Assembly: GCA_025935615.1 (NCBI GenBank)
Contig: JAICUY010000001.1
Location: 688 to 64,687 of the forward strand
Direction: 5' to 3'
Source of the DNA: Steroidobacteraceae bacterium
GTDB taxonomy: Bacteria; Chloroflexota; Limnocylindria; QHBO01
Length of the DNA stretch: 64,000 bases
Made by a program: the position numbers and the translations under genes. A model generated the notes under the pieces. That model worked only from the letters and a program-made list of their open reading frames with translations, searched no databases and was not told where the DNA came from. This document shows, piece by piece, positions 1-9,668 of this stretch (positions are counted from its first letter, which is position 1; the number at the start of each line of letters is the position of its first letter).

Positions 1-2
1 GG

Positions 3-608
3 GTGGCCCTGGATCGCGCGCGACGCCTGGCCGAAGCTCTAGGCAGGGCCGATGCGGAAGCCAGCCGCCTCGACCGCTGGCAGCGCGAGGCGTCCGCCAT
101 CAGGCGGGCCGTCTTCGACAAGGGACGGCGCGACGACGGTGCCTTCGTCCAGTTCTTCGGCTCGGACCGTATCGATGCCTCCTCGCTCGTCTTCCCGCTG
201 GTCGGCTTCATCAAGGCATCGGCGCCGTCAGCCGAGGCGACCTTCAAGGCGGTCCGCGACGAGCTCGAGGAGAAGGGGTTGGTCAAGCGCTACCAGGAGG
301 ACGTCGAGGTCGAGGGCGTCACCGGCAAGGAGGCGTACTTCCTGATCTGCAGCTACTGGCTGTGCGACAACCTGGCGCTGCGGGGCGAGCTCGACGAGGC
401 TCGCCGCCGGTTCGAGGAGATCTCCGCCCATGCCAACGATGTCGGCCTCTTCAGCGAGGAATGGGACCCGGTCAACGAGCTCGCGCTCGGCAACTTCCCG
501 CAGGCGTTCACCCACATCGCGCTCATCTCGTCGGCCCACAACCTGGAGCGCGCGTCCCAGGGCCGGTTGCACGGGTCAGTTCGCCGCGAGGCGCCATCGG
601 ACGAATAG
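3..608 (+). CDS. Glycoside hydrolase family 15 (glucoamylase/trehalase-like), C-terminal fragment; the 5' end lies outside the window
   Basis: ORF is open at the window edge. C-terminal GH15-type motifs are present: ICSYWLCDNL, GLFSEEWDP, LGNFPQAFTHIALI. Confidence 0.7.
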   Translation: MALDRARRLAEALGRADAEASRLDRWQREASAIRRAVFDKGRRDDGAFVQFFGSDRIDASSLVFPLVGFIKASAPSAEATFKAVRDELEEKGLVKRYQEDVEVEGVTGKEAYFLICSYWLCDNLALRGELDEARRRFEEISAHANDVGLFSEEWDPVNELALGNFPQAFTHIALISSAHNLERASQGRLHGSVRREAPSDE

Positions 609-672
609 ACCGATGCGTCGGCGTGGCGGTCTCGCGACTCGTAACTCGTACGGCGAGCGATGATGGGAAGCG

Positions 673-1020
673 TCAGCTGCGGAGCAGGCTCCCCGTCAGG
701 CCGATCTCCACGAATCCGTCCGTGACCCGAACGGGGAACGTCTCGACCGGCTCGGTCGCCGGCGGGACCACTGCCGCACCGGTGCGAACGTCGAAACAGG
801 CCTCATGCCAGGCGCAGATCAGCACCCCGTCGCGCTGATCGAAGCCGGCTTCGCTCAACGGGAAGTCGCGGTGCGTGCAGTTGTTGGCTGTGGCGAAGAA
901 CTCGCCGCGGTGGCGGACCAGGACGACCGGCGTGCCGTCGATCTCGACTGGCAGCAGCTCGCCGTCGCGCAGCTCATCGGCGGGAAGCACCCGCACGAAC
1001 CGCGTCGCCGCGACGGTCAC
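673..1020 (-). CDS. Rieske [2Fe-2S] ferredoxin-type protein
   Basis: Cluster ligand motifs CTHRDFPL (CxH) and CAWHEACF (CxxH). Size is 115 aa. It lies directly downstream of the ALDH gene on the same strand. Confidence 0.85.
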   Translation of the reverse strand: MTVAATRFVRVLPADELRDGELLPVEIDGTPVVLVRHRGEFFATANNCTHRDFPLSEAGFDQRDGVLICAWHEACFDVRTGAAVVPPATEPVETFPVRVTDGFVEIGLTGSLLRS

Positions 1021-1033
1021 AGCCCGACAGGGA

Positions 1034-2476
1034 TCACAGCGGACGGACGAGGGCCAGCAGGCGCGGCTCGGTCATGTCCTCGATCGACCAGCGCAGCCCC
1101 TCGCGGCCGAGGCCGGAGTCCTTGACGCCGCCGTAGGGCATCGGATCGGTGCGCCAGGTCGGGATGTCGTTGACGATGATGCCGCCCACCTCGAGCTCGT
1201 CCCACGCCGTCAGCGTGCGCTCGAGGTCGTTGGTGAAGACGCCGCACTGCAGGCCGAAGGCGCTGTCGTTGATCTGGCGCAACCCGTCCTCGAAGGAATC
1301 CACGGCGAACAGGTTGACGACCGGCGCGAACACCTCTTCGCCGCAGACGCGCGCATCGGCCGGAACGTCGGCCAGGACGGTCGGCGGATACAGCTGGCCG
1401 TCCGGCTCGCCGCCGACCAGCACGCGCGCGCCGCGGTCGACTGCCTCCCGCACCCACTCGTCGGTACGCTCGACGGCCTTGCGATCGACCATGGGTCCCA
1501 TATCCGTGGCCGGATCCGAGGGATCGCCGACCCGCACGTCTCGCACGGCATCGACGAAGCGGCGCTCGAATTCGTCGTAGACGTCGCGGACCACGTAGAT
1601 GCGCTGCACACTGATGCAGACTTGGCCGGCGTAGGCAAAGGAGCCGAAGACGAGGCGCTTGACCGCCCAGTCGAGATCGGCCGATGCGTCGACCACCGCT
1701 CCGGCGTTGCCGCCCAGCTCGAGCACGACCTTCTTGCGGCCCGCCTCGGCCTTCATCTTCCAGCCGACGCTCGGCGAGCCGGTGAACGACAGCAGCTTGT
1801 ATCGGTCGTCCGACACCATTCGGTCGCCTGTCGGCCGATCCATGGGCAGGATGCTGACCGCTCCCCGCGGCAGGTCGGTCTCGGCGATGTAGTCGGCCAC
1901 CCGCAACATGACGAGCGGGTCCTTGGACGGCGGCTTGAGGACGATGCTGCAGCCGGCGGCGATGGCCGGCGCGACCTTGTGCGCGGCGAGGTTGAGCGGG
2001 AAGTTGAACGGGCTGATGCCGGCCACCGGACCGATGCCGTAGCGGCGCACGAGGCCCTGTCGGCCGCGGTTGGCAGCGCTCCAGTCCAGCGGCAGCCACT
2101 CCCCGTTGATGCGCAGCGCCTCCTCGGCCGCGGTGCGGAAGGTGAGCGCCCCGCGGGCGACTTCCCCCCGAGCGTCGCGGATCGGCTTGCCTGACTCGCG
2201 CATCAGCAGCTCGGCCAGCTCGTCGGCGTCCCGCTCGATGCACTCGGCGACGTGCGCCAGCGCGTCCCGCCGCGCGTAGCTCGGCAGGCGACGGGTCTGC
2301 TCGAAGGCCTCGACCGCTGCAAGCGTGGCGTGTTCGAGCTCGTCGGCTCCGGCCTGGAAGGTCGTCGCCACCAGCTCGCCAGTCGCCGGGTTGCGGACCT
2401 CGAGTGGCGACCCCGCCTCGACGAAGTCGCCGGCGAGATAGATCGGGACGGTTGCGGCACGAACCTGGGTGGTCAT
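1034..2476 (-). CDS. NAD(P)+-dependent aldehyde dehydrogenase
   Basis: ALDH motifs FTGSPSVG, ELGGNAG and catalytic-Cys region YAGQVCISVQR. The track ORF runs to 2536, but MTTQVRAATVPIYLAG (start near 2476) is the more plausible N-terminus. Confidence 0.88.
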   Translation of the reverse strand: MTTQVRAATVPIYLAGDFVEAGSPLEVRNPATGELVATTFQAGADELEHATLAAVEAFEQTRRLPSYARRDALAHVAECIERDADELAELLMRESGKPIRDARGEVARGALTFRTAAEEALRINGEWLPLDWSAANRGRQGLVRRYGIGPVAGISPFNFPLNLAAHKVAPAIAAGCSIVLKPPSKDPLVMLRVADYIAETDLPRGAVSILPMDRPTGDRMVSDDRYKLLSFTGSPSVGWKMKAEAGRKKVVLELGGNAGAVVDASADLDWAVKRLVFGSFAYAGQVCISVQRIYVVRDVYDEFERRFVDAVRDVRVGDPSDPATDMGPMVDRKAVERTDEWVREAVDRGARVLVGGEPDGQLYPPTVLADVPADARVCGEEVFAPVVNLFAVDSFEDGLRQINDSAFGLQCGVFTNDLERTLTAWDELEVGGIIVNDIPTWRTDPMPYGGVKDSGLGREGLRWSIEDMTEPRLLALVRPL

Positions 2477-2544
2477 CAGTCTGGCGATTGTAGCCCTCGG
2501 ACGGCGCGCGACCGTCGAGCGTCCATCGGCTACCATCGGGGAGC

Positions 2545-3471
2545 ATGAACCCCTGGTACCTCCTCCTCGAGCTGGCCGTCGCGATCTCGTTCGTCCTGGC
2601 CGCCCATGCCGCGCTGCGCCGCGGCCGGCTGCCGTTCTTCGAGCTGCTGTCGGCCGCGATCTTCGGGATCCTGCTCGAAGAGGGCGACCAGCTCATGTTC
2701 GAGAGCTACCACTACGCATCTGACTGGATCGTGGCGATCGACCGGGCACCGGTCGCCATCGGCCTGACCTGGGCCCTGATCCTGGCGGGAGCGATGCGCA
2801 TCACCGACGCGCTCGGCGTGCGACGCCGCTATGCGCCATTCGTCGACAGCGTGCTGGCCATCAGCCTCGACCTCGCGTTCGACGCCATCGCTATTCGGAT
2901 GGGACTCTGGACTTGGCGCGGCATCGGTCCCGAGCAGGCGTGGTTCGGCGTTCCGGCCGGCAACTTCTACGCATGGCTGTTCGTGGCGCTCGGCTTCAGC
3001 CTGGTGACGCGCTGGCTGCGCGACGTCGCCGGGCAGCGGCCGGCGCGAGCCTGGCTGCAGCTCCTGGCGCCGGTCCCCGCCTACTTCATCCTGATCGCCG
3101 GGCTGGTGCCGTTCATCATCCTGCAGCCGCTGCTCGAGCCCGGCCACGGCGAGGGTCTCGGCATCTTCGCGGTCACGCTGCTCGCCTTCGCGGGGCTGGC
3201 GGCCTACGGCGTGTGGGGTCCCAATCGCGCCATCCCCAACGGCGAACGCCTGGCCATCGTCGACCTGCGGCTGGCATTCGCCAGCCGGCTGTCGATCCAC
3301 GCCGTCTTCCTCACGGCGCTGCTGGTGATGGGCCTGCAGTCCTCGGTACCGATGCTCCTCGTCGTCTCCCTGCTGCTGCTCGTTGCCGAGATCCCGCTCG
3401 CCTGGCTGGTGAACGCTCGTCTGAGGACCGATGCGACCGCCTCGCCGGCGGCCGAGACGGTCGGCGCATGA
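2545..3471 (+). CDS. Polytopic membrane protein resembling the DUF422 / carotenoid-biosynthesis-protein (CruF-like) family
   Basis: About 8 hydrophobic segments. Family-like stretches GILLEEG..ESYHY, LTWALI and LDLAFDAIAIRMGLWTW. The function call rests on remembered family resemblance only. Confidence 0.5.
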   Translation: MNPWYLLLELAVAISFVLAAHAALRRGRLPFFELLSAAIFGILLEEGDQLMFESYHYASDWIVAIDRAPVAIGLTWALILAGAMRITDALGVRRRYAPFVDSVLAISLDLAFDAIAIRMGLWTWRGIGPEQAWFGVPAGNFYAWLFVALGFSLVTRWLRDVAGQRPARAWLQLLAPVPAYFILIAGLVPFIILQPLLEPGHGEGLGIFAVTLLAFAGLAAYGVWGPNRAIPNGERLAIVDLRLAFASRLSIHAVFLTALLVMGLQSSVPMLLVVSLLLLVAEIPLAWLVNARLRTDATASPAAETVGA

Positions 3472-4811
3472 CCCACTGGCCGGCCGCAACAGAAGACTGC
3501 ATCCGCCATCTGCAGGCGCTGATCCGCATCCCGAGCATCAACCCGCCCGGCGGCGAGACGCCGGCCGCGGAGTACTGCGCAGCGGTGCTGCGCGAGGCGG
3601 GAATCGACGCAGAGGTGCTGGAGGCGGCGCCGGGGCGCGGCTCGTGCTTCGCGCGCCTGCCGGCCACCGTGGACGACCCGCTGCCACCGCTGGTCCTGCT
3701 CAGCCACCTCGACGTCGTCCCGGTCGACCGAGACTCCTGGAGCCGCGACCCGTTCGGCGCCGAGCTGCACGACGGCGTCGTGTGGGGACGTGGCGCGGTC
3801 GACATGAAGGACATGGTCGCCATGGAGCTGGCCGTCATGCTGGAGCTGTCCGGGTCGGGCGCCCCGCGCCGGCGCGACGTCATCTTCGCCGCCCTGGCCG
3901 ACGAGGAGGCCGGCGGTGAGTTCGGGGCGCTGCACTGGGTCGCGCAGCGGCCCGACCTGTTCCGCTCCGACGCCGGCCCGGCCGCGGCGGCGCTCAACGA
4001 GGTCGGCGGCTACTCGATCACGCTGCGCGGCCGCCGGTTCTACACCATCGAGGTCGCCGAGAAGGGCATCGTCTGGACCCGCGTACGGGCCAGCGGCACG
4101 CCGGGACATGGCTCCATGCCGCATCGCGACAACCCGGCACTCAAGCTGGCGGCGGCAGTCACCCGTCTGGCGGACGCCGGGCGTCCGGCGCGCGTCACCG
4201 ACGTGGTGCGCAACTTCTTCGACGGCCTGGGGCTCGGCGACGTCGCCGCGCTGGCTGCGACCGATCCCGCGGCCGCATCGGTCGCGCTCGAGCGCGCGGT
4301 CGACGATCCCGTTCTACGTCGCTCGTTCGACGCCATGTTGCGCGACACGATCTCCCCCAACACCATCCACGTCGGGCAGAAGGTCAACGTCATTCCCGGC
4401 CTCGGCGAGGCGGAGATCGATGTCCGCACCCTGCCCGGCACCGATCAGCAGGCGCTGCTTGCCGAGCTTGGCGCGATCGCCGGCGATGACGTCGAGGTCG
4501 AGGCGGTGATGACCATGCCGCCGGTCGAGGCCGCCGCCAACGCCGAGATCGTCGGACTGATGCGCGAGGCGCTGTTGCGCGCGGATCCGGACGGCACGCC
4601 GCTGCCGATGATGATCACGCCCGGCACCGACGCCAAGGCGATGGCCCGCCTCGGCATCCCGACCTACGGGTTCGCGCCGCTGCGGCTCGATGCCGACGTG
4701 CCCTTCCTGTCGCTGTTCCACGGCAACGACGAGCGCGTGCCGGTCAGCGCCATCGCCTTCGGCCTGCCGGTGTTATTCGAGGTTGTGAGTACGTTCTGTC
4801 GCGCCGCCTAA
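3468..4811 (+). CDS. M20-family metallopeptidase (ArgE/DapE/CPG2-like)
   Basis: Motifs LLSHLDVVPV, GRGAVDMKD and ADEEAGGEFG. The ATG at 3468 overlaps the upstream stop (ATGA). The 185 aa upstream in track ORF 2913-4811 are an Arg/Pro/Ala-rich out-of-frame overlap of the membrane gene. Confidence 0.85.
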   Translation: MTHWPAATEDCIRHLQALIRIPSINPPGGETPAAEYCAAVLREAGIDAEVLEAAPGRGSCFARLPATVDDPLPPLVLLSHLDVVPVDRDSWSRDPFGAELHDGVVWGRGAVDMKDMVAMELAVMLELSGSGAPRRRDVIFAALADEEAGGEFGALHWVAQRPDLFRSDAGPAAAALNEVGGYSITLRGRRFYTIEVAEKGIVWTRVRASGTPGHGSMPHRDNPALKLAAAVTRLADAGRPARVTDVVRNFFDGLGLGDVAALAATDPAAASVALERAVDDPVLRRSFDAMLRDTISPNTIHVGQKVNVIPGLGEAEIDVRTLPGTDQQALLAELGAIAGDDVEVEAVMTMPPVEAAANAEIVGLMREALLRADPDGTPLPMMITPGTDAKAMARLGIPTYGFAPLRLDADVPFLSLFHGNDERVPVSAIAFGLPVLFEVVSTFCRAA

Positions 4812-4912
4812 GATCTTCGGCAGCAGCGTTGCTCCTCGGCGAGCGCTCAAGTGGCCGCTTCGGATTGCCGGTGCTATTCGAGGTTGTCGACCGCTTCTGC
4901 TTGAGCGCGCCG
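4757..4912 (+). repeat. Direct repeat: the last ~50 bp of the M20 peptidase gene recurs about 101 bp downstream in the intergenic region
   Basis: Copy 1 is cttcggcctgccggtgttattcgaggttgtgagtacgttctg. Copy 2 is cttcggattgccggtgctattcgaggttgtcgaccgcttctg. Both would translate as GLPVLFEVV..FC. Confidence 0.6.
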
Positions 4913-4968
4913 AGAGGGGTTTTGAGCCCCTCGGCTATACTCCACCGGTTAGCACGCACCATTCGACC

Positions 4969-6009
4969 ATGACCGATCAGACCGATCCCGCACCCGCACC
5001 CCGGGTTCACGCCTTCGTCTTCCCGGGGCAGGGCTCCCAATACGTGGGCATGGGCCAGACGCTCGTCGACCAATCCCCCATCGCCGCCCAGACGCTCGAA
5101 CGAGCCGATGCGGCCCTCGGCTTCCCGCTGTCACGCCTGATTCTCGAAGGCCCGGCCGAAGAGCTCGACCGGACCGTCAATGCACAGCCGGCCATCCTCG
5201 CCACCAGCGTCGCCTTCCTCGAGGCGATGCGCGACGAGGCGCGCCAGGCGGGCATCGAGCTCGAGCCGCGCGCGGTGGCAGGCCACTCCGCCGGACAGTA
5301 CGCCGCCGCCGTGGCAGCCGACGCCCTCGACTTCGCCGATGCGCTGCGACTGGTCCGCGAACGCGGCCGGATTATGCAGGAGCGCGGCATCGAGGGCGGC
5401 ATGGGCGCGGTCATCGGCCTGACGGACGAGCAGGTGGACGAGATCGTGGAGCAGGCGCGCGAGCACGGGGAGATCGCCGTCGCCAACGACAACGCCCCGG
5501 GCCAGATCGTCCTGTCCGGCGTCATCCCGGCCCTGGTCTTCGCCCTCGAGATGAGCAAAACGGTCGGTGCGCGCCGCGCCGTGCGGCTGACGGTGAGCGT
5601 CGCCAGCCACTCCCCGCTCATGCGCCGCGCGCGGGAGGAGTTCAGCTCGATCCTCGCCCGCGTCCCGTTCCGCGAACCGAACGTGCCGATGCTCGGCAAC
5701 GTCCACGCCAGCGTGATCCACACCGCTGACGGGCTGCGCAGCGAGCTGTCCGACCACCTCGTCCACGGCGTGCAGTGGACCGACACCGTGCGGCGCATGG
5801 TCGCCGACGGCGTCACCGACTTCGTCGAGGTCGGCCCGGGCCGGGTGCTGACCGGGCTCATCAAGCGCATCAGCCCCGTGTCTGGCGCGCACGCCACCGA
5901 CGCGCCGCGTGCCGATGGTTCGCGCATCTGGCTGCCGTCGACCGGCACCGCCGAGGGCGCGCCGAATGCCGCTGACGGCGCGCCGAATCCCGCCGAGGGC
6001 ACCGCGTGA
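4969..6009 (+). CDS. fabD: Malonyl-CoA:ACP transacylase
   Basis: FVFPGQGSQYVGMG and active-site GHSAGQYAA. Has a ~40 aa Ala/Pro/Gly-rich C-terminal tail. The stop overlaps the next gene. Confidence 0.9.
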   Translation: MTDQTDPAPAPRVHAFVFPGQGSQYVGMGQTLVDQSPIAAQTLERADAALGFPLSRLILEGPAEELDRTVNAQPAILATSVAFLEAMRDEARQAGIELEPRAVAGHSAGQYAAAVAADALDFADALRLVRERGRIMQERGIEGGMGAVIGLTDEQVDEIVEQAREHGEIAVANDNAPGQIVLSGVIPALVFALEMSKTVGARRAVRLTVSVASHSPLMRRAREEFSSILARVPFREPNVPMLGNVHASVIHTADGLRSELSDHLVHGVQWTDTVRRMVADGVTDFVEVGPGRVLTGLIKRISPVSGAHATDAPRADGSRIWLPSTGTAEGAPNAADGAPNPAEGTA

Positions 6010-7286
6010 GCCAGCGCCGGGCCGTGGTGACCGGCCTGGGCGTGGTGTCTCCGGTCGGTATCGGCCTCGACCAGGCCTGGGAGTCGCTGGTGGCCGGTCG
6101 GTCGGGGATCGCCGACGTCACGCTGTTCGACGCATCGGCCTACGACATCCACGTCGCCGGCGAGGTCAAGGGCTTCGACGCGACGAAGTACATGGAGCCG
6201 CGCGACGTGCGCCGCCACGACCGCAACACGCACCTCGCGGTGGCCGCCACCGGCGAGGCGCTGCGCAACGCCGGCATGCTGAATGGCGATAACCGCCTGA
6301 CCGGCGTCGATCCTGATCGATTCGGGATGGTCTTCGGCACGGGCATCGGCGGCATCGGGATCATGACGGAGGGCATCCGCACGCTGATCGAGCGCGGCCC
6401 GGGCCGCATCAGCCCCTTCCTGCTGCCGCACATGCTGCCCGACTCTGCCTCCGGGCAGGTGGCCATCGAGTTCGGCATTCGCGGCCCGAACATGGCGGTC
6501 GTCAGCGCCTGCGCCACCGGCGGCCACGCCGTCGGTGAGGCGATGGAGACGATCGTGCGCGGCCAGGCGGACGTCATGCTCGGCGCCGGCACCGAGGCGG
6601 TCATCGTGCCGCTGGCCTTTGCCGGCTTCCAGCAGATGAAGGCGCTTGGTTCGCCCATCGACCCCGACAGCGGCGAGTACAACCCGGCCATCGCCTCGCG
6701 CCCGTTCGACGCCACGCGTGACGGCTTCGTGGTCAGTGAGGGGGCGGCGGTGCTCGTCCTTGAGGAGCTCGAGCACGCCCGCGCCCGCGGCGCCACACCC
6801 ATCGCCGAGGTAATCGGCTACGGGTCGGCGGCGGACGCGTTCCACATGGCCGCCCCGGCCGAGCAGGGTGAAGGCAACCAGCGCGCCATGCGCGCAGCGC
6901 TGCAGCGTGCCGGCATCGGTCCGGACGAGGTCGACTACATCAACCCGCACGGAACGTCGACGCCGCTCAACGACCGGTTCGAGACGATGGCCATCGAGGC
7001 CGTCTTCGGCGAGCACGCCCGCGAGCTGGCCATCTCCAGCACCAAGTCGATGACCGGCCACATGATGGGCGCGGCCGGTGCCCTTGAGGCGCTGGTCTGC
7101 GCCCAGGTCATCCGCACCGGCTGCATTCCGCCCACCATCAACTACCGGCATCCGGATCCGGAGCTGACCCTCGACTATGTGCCGAACACGGCTCGCGCCG
7201 CCGACGTCCGGGTGGCGCTCTCCAACTCGATGGGCCTGGGCGGCCACAACTCGACGGTGATCCTGCGCCGCCTCGATGAGGACTGA
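6006..7286 (+). CDS. fabF: Beta-ketoacyl-ACP synthase II (KAS II, KasA/FabF-like), copy 1
   Basis: Catalytic Cys in VVSACATGGHAVGEA. His motifs NPHGTSTPLND and KSMTGHMMGAAG. C-terminal NSMGLGGHNS. Confidence 0.9.
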   Translation: MSQRRAVVTGLGVVSPVGIGLDQAWESLVAGRSGIADVTLFDASAYDIHVAGEVKGFDATKYMEPRDVRRHDRNTHLAVAATGEALRNAGMLNGDNRLTGVDPDRFGMVFGTGIGGIGIMTEGIRTLIERGPGRISPFLLPHMLPDSASGQVAIEFGIRGPNMAVVSACATGGHAVGEAMETIVRGQADVMLGAGTEAVIVPLAFAGFQQMKALGSPIDPDSGEYNPAIASRPFDATRDGFVVSEGAAVLVLEELEHARARGATPIAEVIGYGSAADAFHMAAPAEQGEGNQRAMRAALQRAGIGPDEVDYINPHGTSTPLNDRFETMAIEAVFGEHARELAISSTKSMTGHMMGAAGALEALVCAQVIRTGCIPPTINYRHPDPELTLDYVPNTARAADVRVALSNSMGLGGHNSTVILRRLDED

Positions 7287-8523
7287 CGGGCGCCGCGCGG
7301 TCGTCACCGGCGTTGGCGCGGTGACGCCCATCGGCAACGACGCAGACACCTACTGGCGCAACCTGGTGGCCGGCGTCTCCGGGGTGGCGCGCATCACCGC
7401 CTACGACCCGTCCGCCGAGGAGGTCCAGATCGCGGCCGAGGTCAAGGGCTTCGAGCCACGCGACTTCATGGACTTCAAGCAGGCGCGACGCATGAGCCGG
7501 TTCAGCCAGCTGGCGGTGGCGGCGGCGGCCCAGGCCATCGCCTCAGCCGGCCTGGAGGTGACCGATGCGAACCGCGACGACATCGCGGTGGTCGTCAACA
7601 CCGGCGGCGGCGGCATCGGCGACGTCGCGCTCGGTGAGCGCATCTTCCTGGAGCAGGGCGGCAAGCGGGTCAGCCCGTTCATGGTGCCGATGCTGTCGCC
7701 GTCCATGGCGGCCTGCCAGATCAGCATCCAGAACGACCTGCGCGGGCCGGTGGTGACCGCCGTGGCCGCCTGCGCGTCGAGCGCGCAGGCCTTCGTCGAC
7801 GCGCAGCGCATGATCGAGCACGGCGACGCCGAGGTGGTGGTCGCCGGCGGAACGGAGAGCGCCATCCTGCCGGTTGCCTTCGCGGCACTGGCCAACATGG
7901 GCGCGCTGTCGAAGCGCAACGAAGATCCCGAGCGCGCCTCGCGTCCCTTCGACGCCGGGCGCGACGGGTTCGTCTTCGGCGAGGGAGCCGCCGTTCTGGT
8001 GGTCGAGGCGGCGGAGCACGCCGAACGTCGCGGTGCACCGATCCTGGCGGAGATCGCGGGGGGTGGCATGACCGCCGACGCGTACCACATCTCGGCTCCC
8101 GAGCCGTCGGGCAGTGGCGCGGCGCGCGCCATGACCCGTGCCCTGCGCGACGCAGGCATGGAGCCTGAGCAGATCACCTATGTCGCCGCCCACGGCACGT
8201 CGACGCCGCTCAACGATGCGACCGAGACGAAGGCCATCCACGCCGCCTTCGGCGCGCACGCGCCAAAGCTGGCGGTCAGCTCCAACAAGAGCATGATCGG
8301 CCACACCCTTGGCGCGGCCGGCGCCATGAGCGCGCTGGCTGCCGTCCTTGCCATCCGCGACGGCGTGATCCCGCCGACCATCAACTACGAGACGCCCGAT
8401 CCCGCCTGCGATCTCGACTATGTCGCGAACGTCGCGCGCCGCACCCCGGTCGAGGCGGCCATCGTCAACGGCTTCGGCTTCGGCGGCCAGAATGCGGTGG
8501 CCGTCTTCCGCAGGTACGCGTAG
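7276..8523 (+). CDS. fabF: Beta-ketoacyl-ACP synthase II (KAS II, KasB/FabF-like), copy 2
   Basis: Catalytic Cys in AVAACASSAQAF. His motifs AAHGTSTPLND and KSMIGHTLGAAG. Overlaps copy 1 by 11 nt. Confidence 0.9.
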   Translation: MRTDGRRAVVTGVGAVTPIGNDADTYWRNLVAGVSGVARITAYDPSAEEVQIAAEVKGFEPRDFMDFKQARRMSRFSQLAVAAAAQAIASAGLEVTDANRDDIAVVVNTGGGGIGDVALGERIFLEQGGKRVSPFMVPMLSPSMAACQISIQNDLRGPVVTAVAACASSAQAFVDAQRMIEHGDAEVVVAGGTESAILPVAFAALANMGALSKRNEDPERASRPFDAGRDGFVFGEGAAVLVVEAAEHAERRGAPILAEIAGGGMTADAYHISAPEPSGSGAARAMTRALRDAGMEPEQITYVAAHGTSTPLNDATETKAIHAAFGAHAPKLAVSSNKSMIGHTLGAAGAMSALAAVLAIRDGVIPPTINYETPDPACDLDYVANVARRTPVEAAIVNGFGFGGQNAVAVFRRYA

Positions 8524-8578
8524 CGGGCGGACCATCGGCCCGCTCGGGCCCGGGCCGCCCAGCCCGTACGCTGCCGGC

Positions 8579-9037
8579 GTGACCGAAGTGAACGGCTTGC
8601 GCCTCGCCTACCGCGGCTTCATCGGCGGCCTGGCCGCCAGCTATGCCTGGCTGGCGCTGGCGATGGTGCTGTCGGGGCTGCTCGTGGCCGACCCGCTCGC
8701 GCCGCTGCGACCGATGGCCTCCGCGCTCTCGCCGGCAGCGACGTCGGCCGAGCTCGCCTTCGTGCTCGGCCTGCTGCTGACGCAGGCGGGCGGCGGACTG
8801 GCCGGGATCTGCTTCGCGTACTTCTTCGCCCGCTTCTTCACGGTGCGCCGCACGCTGCTCGTCGCCGCCGCCTCGTACGCGGTTCTGTCGTGGGCCCTGG
8901 TGCAGGCCGCCGGCCTCGGCGTGCCACCGGCGGTGGCGCCGGCGACCGTGGTGGCCGCGCTGGGCTACGGCCTCCTGCTCGGTGTCGGGACACCGTTGCG
9001 CAGCGAGGTGCTGCGGACTCAGTCGCCGGTCACGTAG
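8579..9037 (+). CDS. Hypothetical membrane protein (about 4 TM segments)
   Basis: The hydrophobic ORF portion starts at an in-frame GTG (VTEVNGLRLAYRGFIGGLAA...). The upstream part of track ORF 8420-9037 overlaps the fabF end and looks non-coding. Confidence 0.45.
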   Translation: MTEVNGLRLAYRGFIGGLAASYAWLALAMVLSGLLVADPLAPLRPMASALSPAATSAELAFVLGLLLTQAGGGLAGICFAYFFARFFTVRRTLLVAAASYAVLSWALVQAAGLGVPPAVAPATVVAALGYGLLLGVGTPLRSEVLRTQSPVT

Positions 9038-9603
9038 AGCTGCGGCTCGTGCTGCGGCCGGTGACCCGGCAGCGTCCCGACCCAGTCGCGCAGTGCCGAC
9101 TCGGTGGTGCTGAATGCCAGCTCCCCCCACGGCAACTCGTCGGGCGCAAACGCACGCACCTCGGAGGTCTCGGCGCCCGGCGCGGCCTCGCCGCCGACCA
9201 CGGTCGCCTCGTAGATCAGCGTCACCACCCCGGCGTGCGGCCGCGAATAGACGCCGATCAGGCGTCCGACCTCGACCAGCAGCCGGGTCTCCTCCTCCGT
9301 CTCGCGCCGCGCTCCCTCGGCGGTCGACTCGCCGAGCTCGAGGAACCCGCCGGGGTAGCTCCAGCGTCCGCTTGCCGGTTCGATCGCACGCCGCGCAAGC
9401 AGCACACGACCATCGGAGACCGGCAGCGTCCCGACCACCATCCGCGGATTGCGCCAGGTGACGTGATCGTTGGGGCAGACCAGGCGCGGACGGTGATCGG
9501 CTTCGAGCAGCTTCGCCCGGACGGGCTCGCCGCAGGCGGGACAGAAGCGCGGTTCCTCCCCAAGGCTGACGGGATGGTGCGAGGTCGTGTCGCGCTCCGG
9601 CAT
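9019..9603 (-). CDS. NUDIX hydrolase with N-terminal zinc ribbon
   Basis: Nudix box GGFLELGESTAEGARRETEEETRL. N-terminal CPACG...CPNDH. Confidence 0.85.
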   Translation of the reverse strand: MPERDTTSHHPVSLGEEPRFCPACGEPVRAKLLEADHRPRLVCPNDHVTWRNPRMVVGTLPVSDGRVLLARRAIEPASGRWSYPGGFLELGESTAEGARRETEEETRLLVEVGRLIGVYSRPHAGVVTLIYEATVVGGEAAPGAETSEVRAFAPDELPWGELAFSTTESALRDWVGTLPGHRPQHEPQLYVTGD

Positions 9604-9668
9604 GTGTCCATGCTAGAGCGCCGGCCGCGGGTGGGCGGGGGCGCCGGGCGCATCGGTACAATGCGGGC

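Noticed and set aside
2913-3467. The N-terminal 185 aa of track ORF 2913-4811.
   Set aside because: It overlaps the membrane-protein gene in another frame and has an Arg/Ala/Pro composition. The peptidase homology begins at the ATG at 3468.
5007-7349. 780-aa ORF antisense to fabD/fabF. Similar giant antisense ORFs occur at 23117-25453 (+), 35472-37007 (+), 40895-42616 (+), 52341-54908 (+), 56356-58761 (+), 61814-63559 (-) and 1017-2696 (-).
   Set aside because: All are Arg/Pro/Gly/Ala/His-rich with no recognisable motifs, and they lie opposite genes with clear family signatures. Stop-codon scarcity at ~70% GC explains them. The one exception is the last 84 codons of 23117-25453, which I kept as a possible small membrane gene.
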